From the NCBI GenBank assembly GCA_002269645.1, contig NIVC01005230.1, forward strand, positions 1-19,644: a DNA stretch of 19,644 nt, written 5' to 3'. The notes under the pieces are model-generated. The model had not been told where the DNA came from, ran no database searches, and was given only the letters and a program-made list of their open reading frames with translations. Below are positions 1 to 10,033 of this stretch, in pieces. Numbering within the stretch: position 1 is the stretch's first letter; each line of letters begins with the position of its first letter. The translations under genes and the position numbers were made by a program. The stretch is from Macrostomum lignano. Its lineage: Eukaryota.

Positions 1-303
1 AGAAATTTATCGAGATGCATATGCATGCAAGCTCCATTGAGCTTACATAACAATATCTTCGCATTTTCTAACAATGGGAGTCAATTTTTCAAGCTTGGGT
101 TCCCTAGCTGGAATTAGGCAGAAAGAAAATAGCGGATATTCTAACAAGGCTTCTTTTGGTAGTTGTTGATCGATACTTTTCACGCCTGTGAGTCTTCAAT
201 GGAAGGTAGCTGATGCAGATAACAGTCTAGCTGTGTCACCATGGCAAATATTTGATGTTTGATCGGTATCTCAGTCATCACCATCAAGCTACAGTATATA
301 GTT

Positions 304-318
304 TATAAAAGTATAAAA
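304..318 (+). promoter_or_regulatory. Tandem TATA-like boxes (TATAAAA x2) upstream of the secreted Gly-rich gene
   Basis: TATAAAA at 304-310 and 312-318, about 100 nt upstream of the ATG at 415. Confidence 0.4.
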
Positions 319-414
319 ACATTGAGGGTACTTGGCAGAACAAGTAGGAAGAGTTTGAATTAATCGAAATTGATATACCGTCAGTGTGACTTGATTGAGG
401 AAACTCAGATAAAA

Positions 415-478
415 ATGCTGCTAACTCGTCCAATTCTGGGAGTTTTTCTCATTTTTTCACTTGGCAGGAATGCTGATG
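415..478 (+). CDS. Exon 1 (signal peptide) of secreted PAN-like + ALK/LTK-type Gly-rich protein
   Basis: aaaaATG starts MLLTRPILGVFLIFSLGRNAD. It ends at a consensus donor G|GTAAGT in phase 1, matching the phase-1 acceptor at 6718/6719 (G+CC = Ala). Too short for the ORF track. Confidence 0.75.
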
Positions 479-789
479 GTAAGTGTTGCATCGTCATCTG
501 TTATTTTCATGCGTGAGAGTCCATAAAGTTCAATGAAAATTTGTCTTCATACAGCAACTTTGATAGATGTTCAGCCGAGTAATAAACGTCGTTATATGCG
601 TCGGTGTCAGTCATGTCGTTTATCAGCGACGTCCATCGACTTCGATCGTACATCGCATATATACAGTGTATGTGCGTAGACAGACATAGGAGTGTTGTCA
701 ATAAGGTTCCCGTTTTCAGTTTAGTGCATTTAAACAAAATCTGACGGAATTTTTTGCTAACGAAAAGATTCATGCATGTACTTGTAGGT

Positions 790-802
790 AGTCACTGAAA
801 TG
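790..802 (+). repeat. 5' target-site duplication AGTCACTGAAATG
   Basis: Exact 13-bp direct repeat of 6634-6646; the flanking bases differ on both sides. Confidence 0.92.
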
Positions 803-1289
803 GCACGCGAAGGCGTATTCAGCATGCCAGTGAAGTATGAGACAGACTAGGCCTACGAGCTAAGGTCTGCGATGCTTCACGCCTGCCCCCATCTTCAGCA
901 GGTCAAGGCTGGTGGGAGGTCTGCACCCTCTATTTGCCTCTGGCAGCCGCAGACTCCCCCACGCTGTCTCGCAAGTCGACCCAGGGGTACTCGTCCCGCG
1001 TGTGTTCAAGGCAGACCCTAGGGCTGCTGGACAGACTGGGCTCCGGCGCTGGCGACCCTATCCAGTGGCTTCGGCCGAATTTGGGTATGCGGGTCTGGCT
1101 CACCAGCCTGCAGGCCGTGGTACTGCTTAACGTACCCTCTAATGCCTAAGGTGTTTGACCGTGCGATGGGCTGGAAGGCCGGGAGTAGTCCGGTCGCTAG
1201 CGGTCCTTTTTTCAAACCGGCTGGCTTGAGGTGTCGGCCAGTCGGGTACTCAACTCGCATAACGAGTAGCCCTCCCCCGCTTTTCAGCT

Positions 1290-2818
1290 ATGGCCACTAA
1301 CGCCACCATCCCTAAAGAAACTGACCCGGTCGCCTCTGGCTCACCGGGATCAGCCGCTCCGGTAGCTACCACTGGTAGCACCAACGCCCAACCTGGTCCA
1401 ACCGGGCCAGCTGACGCTGCCGCCGATCACCCTGGCCGCCAGTCTAGCCGACCGCGCACGGCCGAGTCTCGACGACAGCGGAACATCCGCCGCAACCGTA
1501 AGCGGCAGGAGAAGCGGGCTGCTGCTGCGTCTGAGGAGGGCACGCAAGCCGCGGTGAGGCCTTCGGGAGCCACCGCAGCGGGGAGGCCCTCTGGGGAGTC
1601 CGGTGGCGCGGCTGGGCCGTCAGGAACCGCCGTGTCCTCGGGCTCTCAGGGGGGCAACCCTGCCGGCCTACCGCCTTCCAAAGACAAAGCGGCCCCGCTC
1701 AAGACCTCCGAGTCCTACGCGTCCAAGGTCAAGCAGCCGCTGCAACCCGCCGTGATGATCCTCGGCGGGGATTTCGACCTGACGCCCGAGCAGCTCGACG
1801 TCGCGTGGCGTACCATCGACGAGGGCTTGCTCAATCTAACCCTGGAGGGCGTCTTCGTGGACATCGTCAAGTCCACCAAGGCGAACGGGTGCATCCTACT
1901 GTGGTGCAAATCCGAGGAGAGCACCCAGCTCCTGCGGGATCAGCTGCCCAAGTTCGACTGGCACAGCGACCTGGGCCAGCTGACCTTCGCCTTGGAGAGC
2001 GAGCGGCCGAAGACCATCCGCCATCGGATTTGGGTCCCGGCCGACAGTGCAATCAAGTCCGGGGAGCAGCTGCGGCAGCTCCTGCTCAAGCGGCACCCGG
2101 ATCTCGACGCCAGTGGTCTTGTGTACCACAGCACGGTCCGCAAGGGCACGACCGGGGCCACAGTCATCCTCGGCCTGACGGAGGGATGGGCCAAGCGGCT
2201 ACCGCACGGCACAAACCTCCACCTTGGTCTCCATCAACTGACCATCCTCCGCTGTGAGGAGGGCAAGGTGGAGACCAAGAAAGACGGGAAGCGCGCCGCT
2301 CCCGGAGCTGGGGCTCATGCCCGCCGGCCAAGCGGCAGCAGCAACCCGATCCCGAGCCTAACAAGGCTATTCGCGCTGCTGAGTCCGCCTCGCGCGGACG
2401 TAGACCCGCCCGCAGTAGCCGGCGGTCCGGTCTAATCCAGCGCGCACTTGACGAAGCTCAGTCTCTGAGACTTCACCTCGAGCAGACTCGTGCCGCTCGA
2501 AAAAACACTGAAAGCCAGCCGAGGGAACTGGACGACGGCACGGCTCAGCCTTCCAACTGGTGGGATTACCACCAGGAGGACGCTGCCGGCCGAGCTCAGA
2601 CTCCCGACGGCGGGGCGCAAGGCGAAGGCAGCAGCCGTACCCCAGTCGCTGGGGAGGAGGGCGGTGTAGCGCGGCTAGGTGACTCACCTGCCGTGGGCGC
2701 CGTGTCCGCCTCCGCGGCGGCTGGGGAGGCGGCTGAGCCTGAGCCAATGGAAATTGGCGACTCAACTCTCACCGATGAGGCTGAGAATGAGTTGCTTTTC
2801 TCCTCCCCTGGACAGTAG
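1290..2818 (+). CDS. LINE ORF1 (DUF4780-like nucleic-acid-binding protein); one -1 frameshift at ~2320-2322
   Basis: ORF 1290-2435 has an Arg-rich tract (RRQRNIRRNRKRQEKR) and a core (LTPEQL...GCILLWC...RIWVP...LHLG) resembling DUF4780 of LOA-type ORF1s. Adding one C to the CCC run gives ...AHAPPAKRQQQPDPEP...EPMEIGDSTLTDEAENELLFSSPGQ* ending at TAG 2816-2818, 2 nt before the ORF2 ATG. No CCHC knuckle is visible. Confidence 0.8.
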
Positions 2819-2820
2819 AC

Positions 2821-5800
2821 ATGACTGTCTCCCAGGGCATCCACTGCTTGCAGGTCAACCTGCAGCACAGCATTGCTGCTTCAGTCAACCTCTTGAAGCA
2901 CACTGACCAATACGTGCCAGGGATTATCCTTATCCAGGAACCTTGGACGCTTAGGGGCAGCCCCCAACATGTCCCCACCGGCTACCAGTGTTTAACCGCT
3001 GGTACCCGGGAGGGAAACCTGGCACCAAGATCCTGCATCATGGTGTCCAGTTCTATTAACGCATGGCTCAGATCAGACCTGTCCACCAGGGACATCTGTG
3101 TCATCCAGTCTGAAGACATACTCCCTGGGAGGACTACCCTCATCGCCTCGGTTTACCTACCGGGCGACGGCGAGATGATCCCAGTAGAGCTTGTCACACT
3201 GGTCGAGCTCTGCTCCACCAGAAACTATGAGCTGCTCGTGGCAGGTGACATCAATGCCCACCACACCCACTGGGGCAGTTCTGATATAAACCAGAGAGGT
3301 GAAGACTTCCTGGCTTATATTGCTACTACAACCCTTGAGTTCTGTAACTCGGGTAGTACCCCTACCTTCAATAACGGACGCCGATCGGAGGTGCTGGATG
3401 CCACCCTCGCCACGCCCAGGCTCTTCCAGAGCACTAGGGAATGGCGGGTGCTTCCTGAGGCGTCCCTCTCCGATCACAAGTTCATCTCTTTCACGCTGGC
3501 CAGCGCCCGTAACGCAGGCCAGCTTTACTGGAAACGGAATGCTAGGAATACCGACTGGACCGCCTTCAGGCTTGCCCTGGAGGAGACCTATCGTTGCACT
3601 AGCGCTCCAGTCTCCATCAACACCTGCGAAGAAGCAGATGAATTTGCGGCCGCACTTACGGACTCGCTCACTGCTGCCTTCGAAGCCTCATGCCCACTAA
3701 AGGCATATAAAGGCAAACAGTCGGCCCCATGGTGGAACCCGCAGCTTGGCGACCTCCGTCGCAGAGCCAAAAGGCTTCACCGCAGGGCCCAAAAAACTAA
3801 AAACCCGGCCGACCAAACCGCCTACCTGAACTCTATCCACGAGTTCAAGAGGCAGGTTAGGAACGCCAAAACCAACAAGTGGCGCGAATACTGTGAGGAA
3901 CTTGAGGGCTCCCGCCCCACCTCCAGAATCGTTAAAGCCCTCACCCTGGACAAAATGTCCAAACTCTCCTCAGTCAAGAGAGCCGACGGCTCGCTCACTG
4001 AGAACCCAGGAGAAACACTGGAAGCGATGCTAACAGCGTTTTTCCCGAACGAGCCAGCTAGGCCCGGCCCCCTGACCACTCAGTGGGCGGACACGTACTG
4101 GCTGACTCAATCATCACGGAGGACCGCGTTACTAAAGCTGTCTCCTCCTTCAAACCCTTCAAATCCCCAGGACCGGACGGCGTTGTGCCAGCCTTCCTGC
4201 GGGAGGCGGTGAAATGCACCGGTTTCCTGCGGAACCTTTGCCGGCTTCTGAAAGCCTGCATTGTGCTCGGCTTTGTTCCGAAATCCTGGACCGAGGCCAA
4301 GGTGGTCTTTATCCCCAAGCCTGGCCGACCGGACTACCGGTCCATTAAATCCTTCAGACCAATTAGCCTCACCTCCTCATTGGTGAAGCTGTTAGAGAGA
4401 CTGGTGCTCTGGCGCCTCCTCTCTGTGGAACTGAAGAACAAGCCGCTCAGTGAGAACCAGCATGCCTTTCGGGCAGGCAGGTCCACGGAGAGCGCGCTTC
4501 ACGTTCTGGTTGACATGCTGGAGAAAGCCGTTCTTGGTAATGGCTACGCTCTCGCTGTCTTCCTCGACATTGTTGGAGCCTTCGATAATGTCCTCTTTGA
4601 GGCCTTTGACAGAGCTCTACGTGCTAGAGGAACCCACTCGCACCTCACCCGGTGGATCATGTATATGATCAGCCACCGTACTGCCACCGCACACCTGTTG
4701 GGCCACCAACGGACGGTAACCGTCTGCAAAGGCAGCCCCCAGGGCGGTGTCCTCTCTCCAGTTCTCTGGAACATGGTCATCGATGAGCTCCTCCAGGACA
4801 GCCATCTTGACCCCATCCTCAAGGTCGGTTACGCCGATGATGTCACAGCCGTGGCATCCGGACCGTCACCTGAAACCCTTAGAGATCTTTTGCAAAACTT
4901 CATTCGCTCTGCTGAACGTTGGGCGGACAGGTGCGGCCTCAGGCTCTCCGAGACCAAAACTGTCGCGATCATGTTCACCAGCAGGGTAAACTGGCGTATT
5001 CGCCCACTAAAGCTTTACGGGGTGGAAATTCCATCCTGCAAGCAAACCAAGTGTCTCGGCGTTACGCTGGACCACCGGCTGAGCTGGTCCACCCACGTCC
5101 AGGCCAAAACCAAAAAAGCCCTCGCGATTCTTGCGCAGCTGCGCAGAGCCGTCGGCACCACCTGGGGCCTCACCCCAAAGCGTCTCTGGTGGATCTATAC
5201 CGCAATGGTCCGACCGGCCGTTACATACGCCGGCCTGGTCTGGACCAGCGCCTTGCAGATTAAAACCTGCCACGAAGCCCTCAAAAAGGTGCAGGGACGT
5301 GCGTGCCGCATGATCCTGAATGCCCCGCTCTCTGCTCCCTTTGACGGCCTCAACGCCTTTCTCTGCCTCCCGCCTCTGGACATCTTTGTCCGTCGCGAGG
5401 CTGCTAAAACCACCCGCCGGCTCATCGAGGCTGGTGTTAGCTTCAAGCCACAAAGAGCGATGGCGAAGCGCAAGCTCCTGCCGCACTCTGACCTGTGCCT
5501 TAAAGTTCTGGAGGAGAGTGGGAGTGCGGCTGTCCTTTCGGACGCTGAACCGCGCTCCCTCAACCTCTACCAACGCTTCAAGGTCACGATCCCCTCCAGG
5601 GAGAACGCCAACGACAGCTGGGCCCCTCAGGAGGTTCACTGCTTCACTGACGGATCCTCCAAAGACGGTTTATCCGGCTTTGGAGTCTGCATCCTTATCA
5701 ACGGCCGCGTGATTGCTACTCACGCCCAACACACTGGCAGACTCTCCAGCGTCTTCCAGAATGAAGTCCTTGCCATCAGCTCCTGTGCAGCTGAGCTCCA

Positions 5801-6523
5801 CCGCAAGGACTTCAAGGACAGAAGAATCTTCTTCCACTCTGACAGCCAGGCCGCTTTACAGGCCCTGTGTCACACCACTACGAACTCCCGAACAGTCCGC
5901 GACTGTATCGGGCAGCTCAACAAGCTGGCTCGGAGGAACACCGTCCGGCTCACGTGGATCCCAGGACACGCCGGCTTCAAAGGTAACGAGCTCGCCGACT
6001 CCCTCGCTAAGGCGGGCTGTTCCGGCTCGCCCCTTGGCCCCGTGCCCCTGGCCCCCATCCCCGCCACAGTCATTAATCGTCAGATTAACGACTGGGCGGA
6101 CATCCTGCACTTGCGCAGATGGGATGGTATCTCCAACTGCCGCCAATCTCGTGCGGCAGTGCCCAATCCGTCCCTCAAGCTGCGGAGAATCCTTTTGAAT
6201 CAAAATCGAAAAGATATCCGCGCTCTCACTATGACCTTCACAGGTCACGGTTGCTTTGCCAGGCACTGCTTCCTCCGATGTGTTCGCCGGAGTGAACTCT
6301 GCCCCTTCTGCAGCCTCGAGAATGAAGATGCCATGCACTTCGTCTGCTACTGCCCGGCCTTCAACCGAGACCGGCTCAACCACCTCGGGCCCAACCCGTC
6401 CCTGGACGACGTTTGCCGGCCGAGAACATCCCACGGCTCATCCGGTTCCTCCGGGCCACCAAGCGAGCCTCCGTCTTCCCCACCGAAGACAACGCTGCAG
6501 ACAGGACCGGCAGACCTCCCTGA
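2821..6523 (+). CDS. LINE ORF2: AP endonuclease + reverse transcriptase + RNase H + CCHC finger; -1 frameshifts at ~4068-4072 and ~6420
   Basis: APE motifs IQEPW, GDINAHH (3244) and SDH (3469). RT motifs FKSPGPDG, FRPISL, QGGVLSP (4740) and YADD (4830-4841). RNase H motifs FTDGS, EVLAI, SDSQAAL and WIPGH..GNELAD. CCHC finger CPFC-x8-H-x4-C. The repaired C-terminus CRPENIPRLIRFLRATKR...PP* stops at TGA 6521-6523. Confidence 0.95.
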
Positions 6524-6616
6524 CCGGCCCCGCGCCCTAGCCTATGCGGGTCTTTCAGGGATTAGCGGAATGGGCGACGCTCGCCTCCCCGCTGCGTCTT
6601 CGGACCGCCCTGCAGC

Positions 6617-6633
6617 TAAGTCAAGTAAGTCAA
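6617..6633 (+). repeat. 3' tail of the LINE, about 2 copies of TAAGTCAAG
   Basis: TAAGTCAAG TAAGTCAA runs directly into the TSD, which begins AGTCA; no poly(A). Confidence 0.7.
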
Positions 6634-6646
6634 AGTCACTGAAATG
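6634..6646 (+). repeat. 3' target-site duplication AGTCACTGAAATG
   Basis: Exact match to 790-802. Confidence 0.92.
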
Positions 6647-6718
6647 AAAAATAATATTTTAGTTGCATTTCAGTTAGCATTTTTAAGAAACTAATTGTCA
6701 TTTTGGACCACGTTTCAG

Positions 6719-7072
6719 CCTCGTGCGGGAGATACAAATACCTGCGTCGTTTCAATTCCATTCTTATCAACACTTCAATCAGCACCGAACTCGTCAACCT
6801 GACCGGGATGAACTCCGATCAAAGCTGTATTTACTCTTGCAAGCTAAAAGAATGCGCCATAGTTGTCGTCATGACAACCGCTAGCCTGTGCCAACTAGTT
6901 ATCGTTAGAGACGCTTCGAAAACACCCGGACCACCTGATAGCCACGTGGAACGAATAATTGGAGCGGAACCGGGCGCCAGGATGTGGACAGTGGATGGAT
7001 TCGAAAAGCTGCTTAGAAGGAGACAGATTAATCTGACATCTCTAGCTTTCGAAAATAGGAAAAAGTTTGAAA
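6719..7072 (+). CDS. Exon 2 of the secreted protein: PAN/apple-like Cys domain
   Basis: Branch-like CTAAT at 6691, acceptor TTTCAG| and donor A|GTAAGT at 7072/7073, phase 1 at both ends. Contains SCIYSCKLKECAIVVVMTTASLCQL, with C-x3-C-x4-C...C-x-L spacing typical of PAN domains. Confidence 0.7.
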
Positions 7073-7490
7073 GTAAGTCGCGCAGCAAACTCAAGCAGTA
7101 GCATTCAAAATTCTTATAACAACAAAAAACGTGTTAAAGGAAGCGGAGCGCCACACGACCCCAATGCATTCACAATTGGCCAGTGTGTTGTTGTGCGATT
7201 CAGAACTATGAGGGCTGACCCCGGGCGTAGAGATGTAGAGGAGTGTACATGCCAGACAGGACTAGAACGTCAGGGGTCAGCAGAATTGGAAGAATTGACT
7301 CAGCATTGAATTAGGGACGATGTCGCCCTAGGCGTTACGTCAGGGTGGACGTTATTCCGTCATGAAATTGTTATAAATATAGATTAAGGGCCACGTCAAC
7401 TGAAGCTACAGAATAGGAATCCTAAGTAGAGTTCCGGACTAAACCGGTTTACTCTCGTAGCCTTTAGTCTCACGCGCACTTTTCCTGCAG

Positions 7491-7814
7491 ACAGCAACAC
7501 GGGCAGGAGCGGCTCTGTTCAGTTCGCTCTGATCAACGTCACCGGCTGCTACCGCCTCGAGGCGACCGGAGCCAAAGGCGGTAAAATTCCTTCACAAAAT
7601 AAAGGCGGATATGGAGCTGTGATTAGTGGCAGATTTAATCTACAAGCTGGTATCTCACTAAATATTGTTGTTGGACAAGCGGGAGGTGGAGGAGGCAATG
7701 CAGATAATGATGCTCGAGGCGGCGGCGGCGGCAGCTTTGTGTACAGAGCTGCGGACAGCCAACTACCACTCATCGTGGCTGGCGGAGGAGGCGGGGCTGG
7801 ATTCGGAAAACCAG
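7491..7814 (+). CDS. Exon 3: N-terminal half of ALK/LTK-type glycine-rich domain (PF12810-like)
   Basis: TTTCCTGCAG| acceptor and G|GTAAGA donor, phase 1/1. Reads TGCYRLEATGAKGG...GGYGAVISGRFNLQAGISLNIVVGQAG...GGGGGSFV...LIVAGGGGG, matching the family pattern. Confidence 0.88.
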
Positions 7815-8038
7815 GTAAGAGAAAATTTATAGACTATTTATTATAGACTGGAGTTCAATTTTAATATCTTAATAGTGTTTCTCTTAGGGCTAGTTCATTT
7901 CTGGCTGTAGTGCCAAGGTAACCAGGCCATATTAATTAGCCTTAGGTACTTTTCGTGCGATCCATGCGCATGAGGTACGTCTCACCTTTAAGGCTTGGGC
8001 TGTACATGCCTTTAACTAACTCCCTAATTATTGTACAG

Positions 8039-8527
8039 GCTGCCAAGGGGAGCCAGGCTGAACGCGAGCAATGCTAATGATTATCGCCCTGAGACGTTTG
8101 GTTTCGGAGGCGTCAACGGGAATCCTGGAAGTAATGATCCCAGCAACACGCCTTCTGATAGCTACCACGGCGGCTGCGGCGCCGGCTGGCTAAGAAGGGC
8201 CGTCAACCAGAGGCAAAGTGCAAAGACGGAGAGCGAGGCGGCGGTCTGGCCGAAGTCTGGGTCGGAGGTCACGGCGGCGGCAACGGAAACGATGGCGGTT
8301 TCGGCGGAGGCGGAGGAGGCGGAAGAAGCGATTCAATTCGCAAAGGAGCTGCCGGTGGAGGAGGCGGCTATAGCGGAGGCGGCGCCTCTCTGAACGGAGG
8401 CTCCGGCGGAGGCGGAGGCGGCTCGTTCTGCGGCGGAGTCCAGTGTTCTGATGGCGGCACTTCGGACAGGGATCATGGCAAAGTTGTACTGGAGTTGATC
8501 GCCCCGTTTGCTGACAGCTGCGAGTGA
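8039..8527 (+). CDS. Exon 4 (terminal): C-terminal half of the Gly-rich domain; two -1 frameshifts (~8057 and ~8185-8224)
   Basis: Acceptor TACAG|. Repaired reading: GCQGEPGLNASN...GGCGAGW...DGERGGG...DGGFGGGGGGG...AAGGGGGYSGGG...GGGGGSFCGG...DHGKVVLELIAPFADSCE* with TGA at 8525-8527. Confidence 0.82.
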
Positions 8528-8536
8528 TTTGTCGAA

Positions 8537-8542
8537 AATAAA
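8537..8542 (+). terminator. Polyadenylation signal AATAAA
   Basis: Lies 9 nt after the stop codon of exon 4. Confidence 0.5.
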
Positions 8543-9244
8543 ACTTGCAAACTAAGGAAATTGAACAATGAAAGCACTCTTTACGGTCGAGATTACTATC
8601 GGTAAGATTTACTTGTCAAAGGAACTATACTGACCAAAAATAAACCATGCATCAACTGGGAATATTCCCGAATACAACTATTGTTTACGAAAGATATGAA
8701 ACTGTTTGTCTTTAGACGATTTTTAATCAAAAGTACATGAAGTGTAGTTCTGTGAAACGGCTGCGCATCTGCATCATAAATACTTAACTACTGTTAGTAG
8801 TAGCTTCGTTTGCAGACCCAAATTTCTATCAATTTTTCCGATTGACGAGCGTAAACTGCCAAAGCAAGTAAGCTTTTATTGAAGCAAAGTTAAAAACTGA
8901 ATGTAAGACTACATTTACAGAATTGCCTAAACTGCTAAGCGTGATGCCACAAAAGCCAATATATAAAAAATAAGTTCAATTTTTAAAAGCAATTATGACA
9001 CTAAAAGCAAAGCAAGATCAGTGCATCCAAAGTATTTCTAATTAAAATCTGATTCTAAAAGCAAATCTACGAACGAAATACGATACGAACGGTAAAAAGC
9101 GTCTCTCTCTTTCTCCACGAACTAATGAATGACGTCACAGACGTCAAAGGCGCTATATCAAACTACTCATGTTTCGCCTAGTGCGCTGAATTTTGCTAAA
9201 TTCAAATTGCGCTTTCTGTCAATGAGAGAACATTCCACGTGTTA

Positions 9245-9697
9245 TTACATGTGGTTTCCAATCAAGCTGTTACTATTGACTCTTCGCGTTCGGCCACCGA
9301 TCGCAATTCTCTTCAAGTTATTTCTTTTCAACGGAGTTAACATCGATGTCCTTGCGACTTGGCGAAGAGTTGTGTTGTTGTTCGAGCCTCCGTTGCTCGT
9401 AGCCGAACTATCACGTCCAACTGTTTCAACTGGCGGCATGCCGCTGCCACCTGCCGCGCTCATGGAAACCTGATGCCCACCGACTGGATTGGAGCAGGAC
9501 TCAACTCGGCTGGTTGGGATTTCCTCGGCTATGGCGAATTTTCCGCTATGAGAGCCGCAATTTTCAGCCGACATCTCGTCGAACTTGTGCTGATCAGTAA
9601 TCGACTGCAGCGACGATGGACAGCCGGGCATGCAGGGAAGCGAGTCCTCAAAGCCGAGCTTGTTGAGCAGCCAATAAGTAGTCATCCTGGTTTTGCC
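9245..9697 (-). CDS. NIT-GC terminal exon
   Basis: GKTRMTTYWL (end of cyclase domain) followed by a low-complexity tail to TAA at 9245; acceptor TCCCAG|. Confidence 0.85.
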   Translation of the reverse strand, partial: GKTRMTTYWLLNKLGFEDSLPCMPGCPSSLQSITDQHKFDEMSAENCGSHSGKFAIAEEIPTSRVESCSNPVGGHQVSMSAAGGSGMPPVETVGRDSSATSNGGSNNNTTLRQVARTSMLTPLKRNNLKRIAIGGRTRRVNSNSLIGNHM

Positions 9698-9768
9698 CTG
9701 GGATCAATAGAAAAAAATTAATAGAGAAAAATTGAATTTCTCAGAAAGAAATCGGCTTGAAAATTCAC

Positions 9769-9860
9769 CTTCACTTCAATAATCCCGCGCTCCTTGATAA
9801 CATAGCTGGAATCGTTGATGATGTAATTCCTGGCTGCTTCCGTCATCTGGATTGCGTTGC
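9769..9860 (-). CDS. NIT-GC cyclase exon 4
   Basis: GNAIQMTEAARNYIINDSSYVIKERGIIEVK; phases match the neighbouring exons. Confidence 0.88.
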
Positions 9861-9934
9861 CTTTAAGAGGGATTAGGAATAACGAAATATGTTACTCGAA
9901 GTTGCTTACGAAAGTTAAGTCCTACAGCACTTAC

Positions 9935-10033
9935 CTCGGCCATTGGTTTCCATTCGGCTTGAAGTATTAACAGTGTCACCGAACAAACAGTAGCGAGGCA
10001 TTTTAGAACCAACCACTCCTGCGACTACCGGAC
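9935..10033 (-). CDS. NIT-GC cyclase exon 3
   Basis: [32 protein letters not shown]. The Cys of RYCLFG and the Glu of VYKVET are the guanine-specificity residues. Flanked by TTTTTTGCAG| and |GTAAGT. Confidence 0.95.

Larger units (their letters stand above)
803..6633 (+). mobile_element. Full-length non-LTR retrotransposon (LINE) with RNase H; LOA/R1/I group, most like the LOA (Lian/Baggins-type) clade
   Basis: Bounded by the 13-bp TSD and visibly GC-richer than its flanks. It has a ~490-nt 5' UTR, ORF1, ORF2 (APE-RT-RNaseH-CCHC) and a short-repeat 3' tail. Clade inferred from the QVNLQHS...IQEPW APE start, the RNase H and the ORF1 core. Confidence 0.93.

Noticed and set aside
468-478. Apparent 11-nt micro-exon (CAG|GAATGCTGATG|GTAAGT)
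   Set aside because: The upstream pyrimidine tract is the Phe/Leu/Ile coding of the signal peptide; exon 415-478 explains it better.
507-773. 88-aa minus-strand ORF and neighbouring protein-like fragments to ~290
   Set aside because: No recognisable motif, several stops, and it lies antisense within intron 1. An old element relic is possible but unsupported.
870-970. HDV/CPEB3-like loops (TTCACGC; GAC-TCCCCCACGCT-GTC) as a canonical HDV ribozyme
   Set aside because: The required P3/P1 partners and J4/2 could not be completed; kept only as an unassigned structured UTR.
1350-6540. Many short antisense and alternative-frame ORFs within the LINE
   Set aside because: Expected shadows of GC-rich coding sequence with few stops.
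4083-6647. 854-aa ORF taken as a stand-alone protein with a Ser/Pro-rich tail
   Set aside because: The GTG start and the tail after ~6420 result from frameshifts; the real ORF2 is 2821-6523.
7214-7281. 9-bp inverted repeat GCTGACCCC/GGGGTCAGC in intron 2 as a MITE
   Set aside because: No flanking TSD, very short, and no second copy in the window.
8031-8393. Glu/Ala-rich C-terminus (AEAEEAEEA) of the listed ORF
   Set aside because: It is the off-frame reading of the poly-Gly codons.
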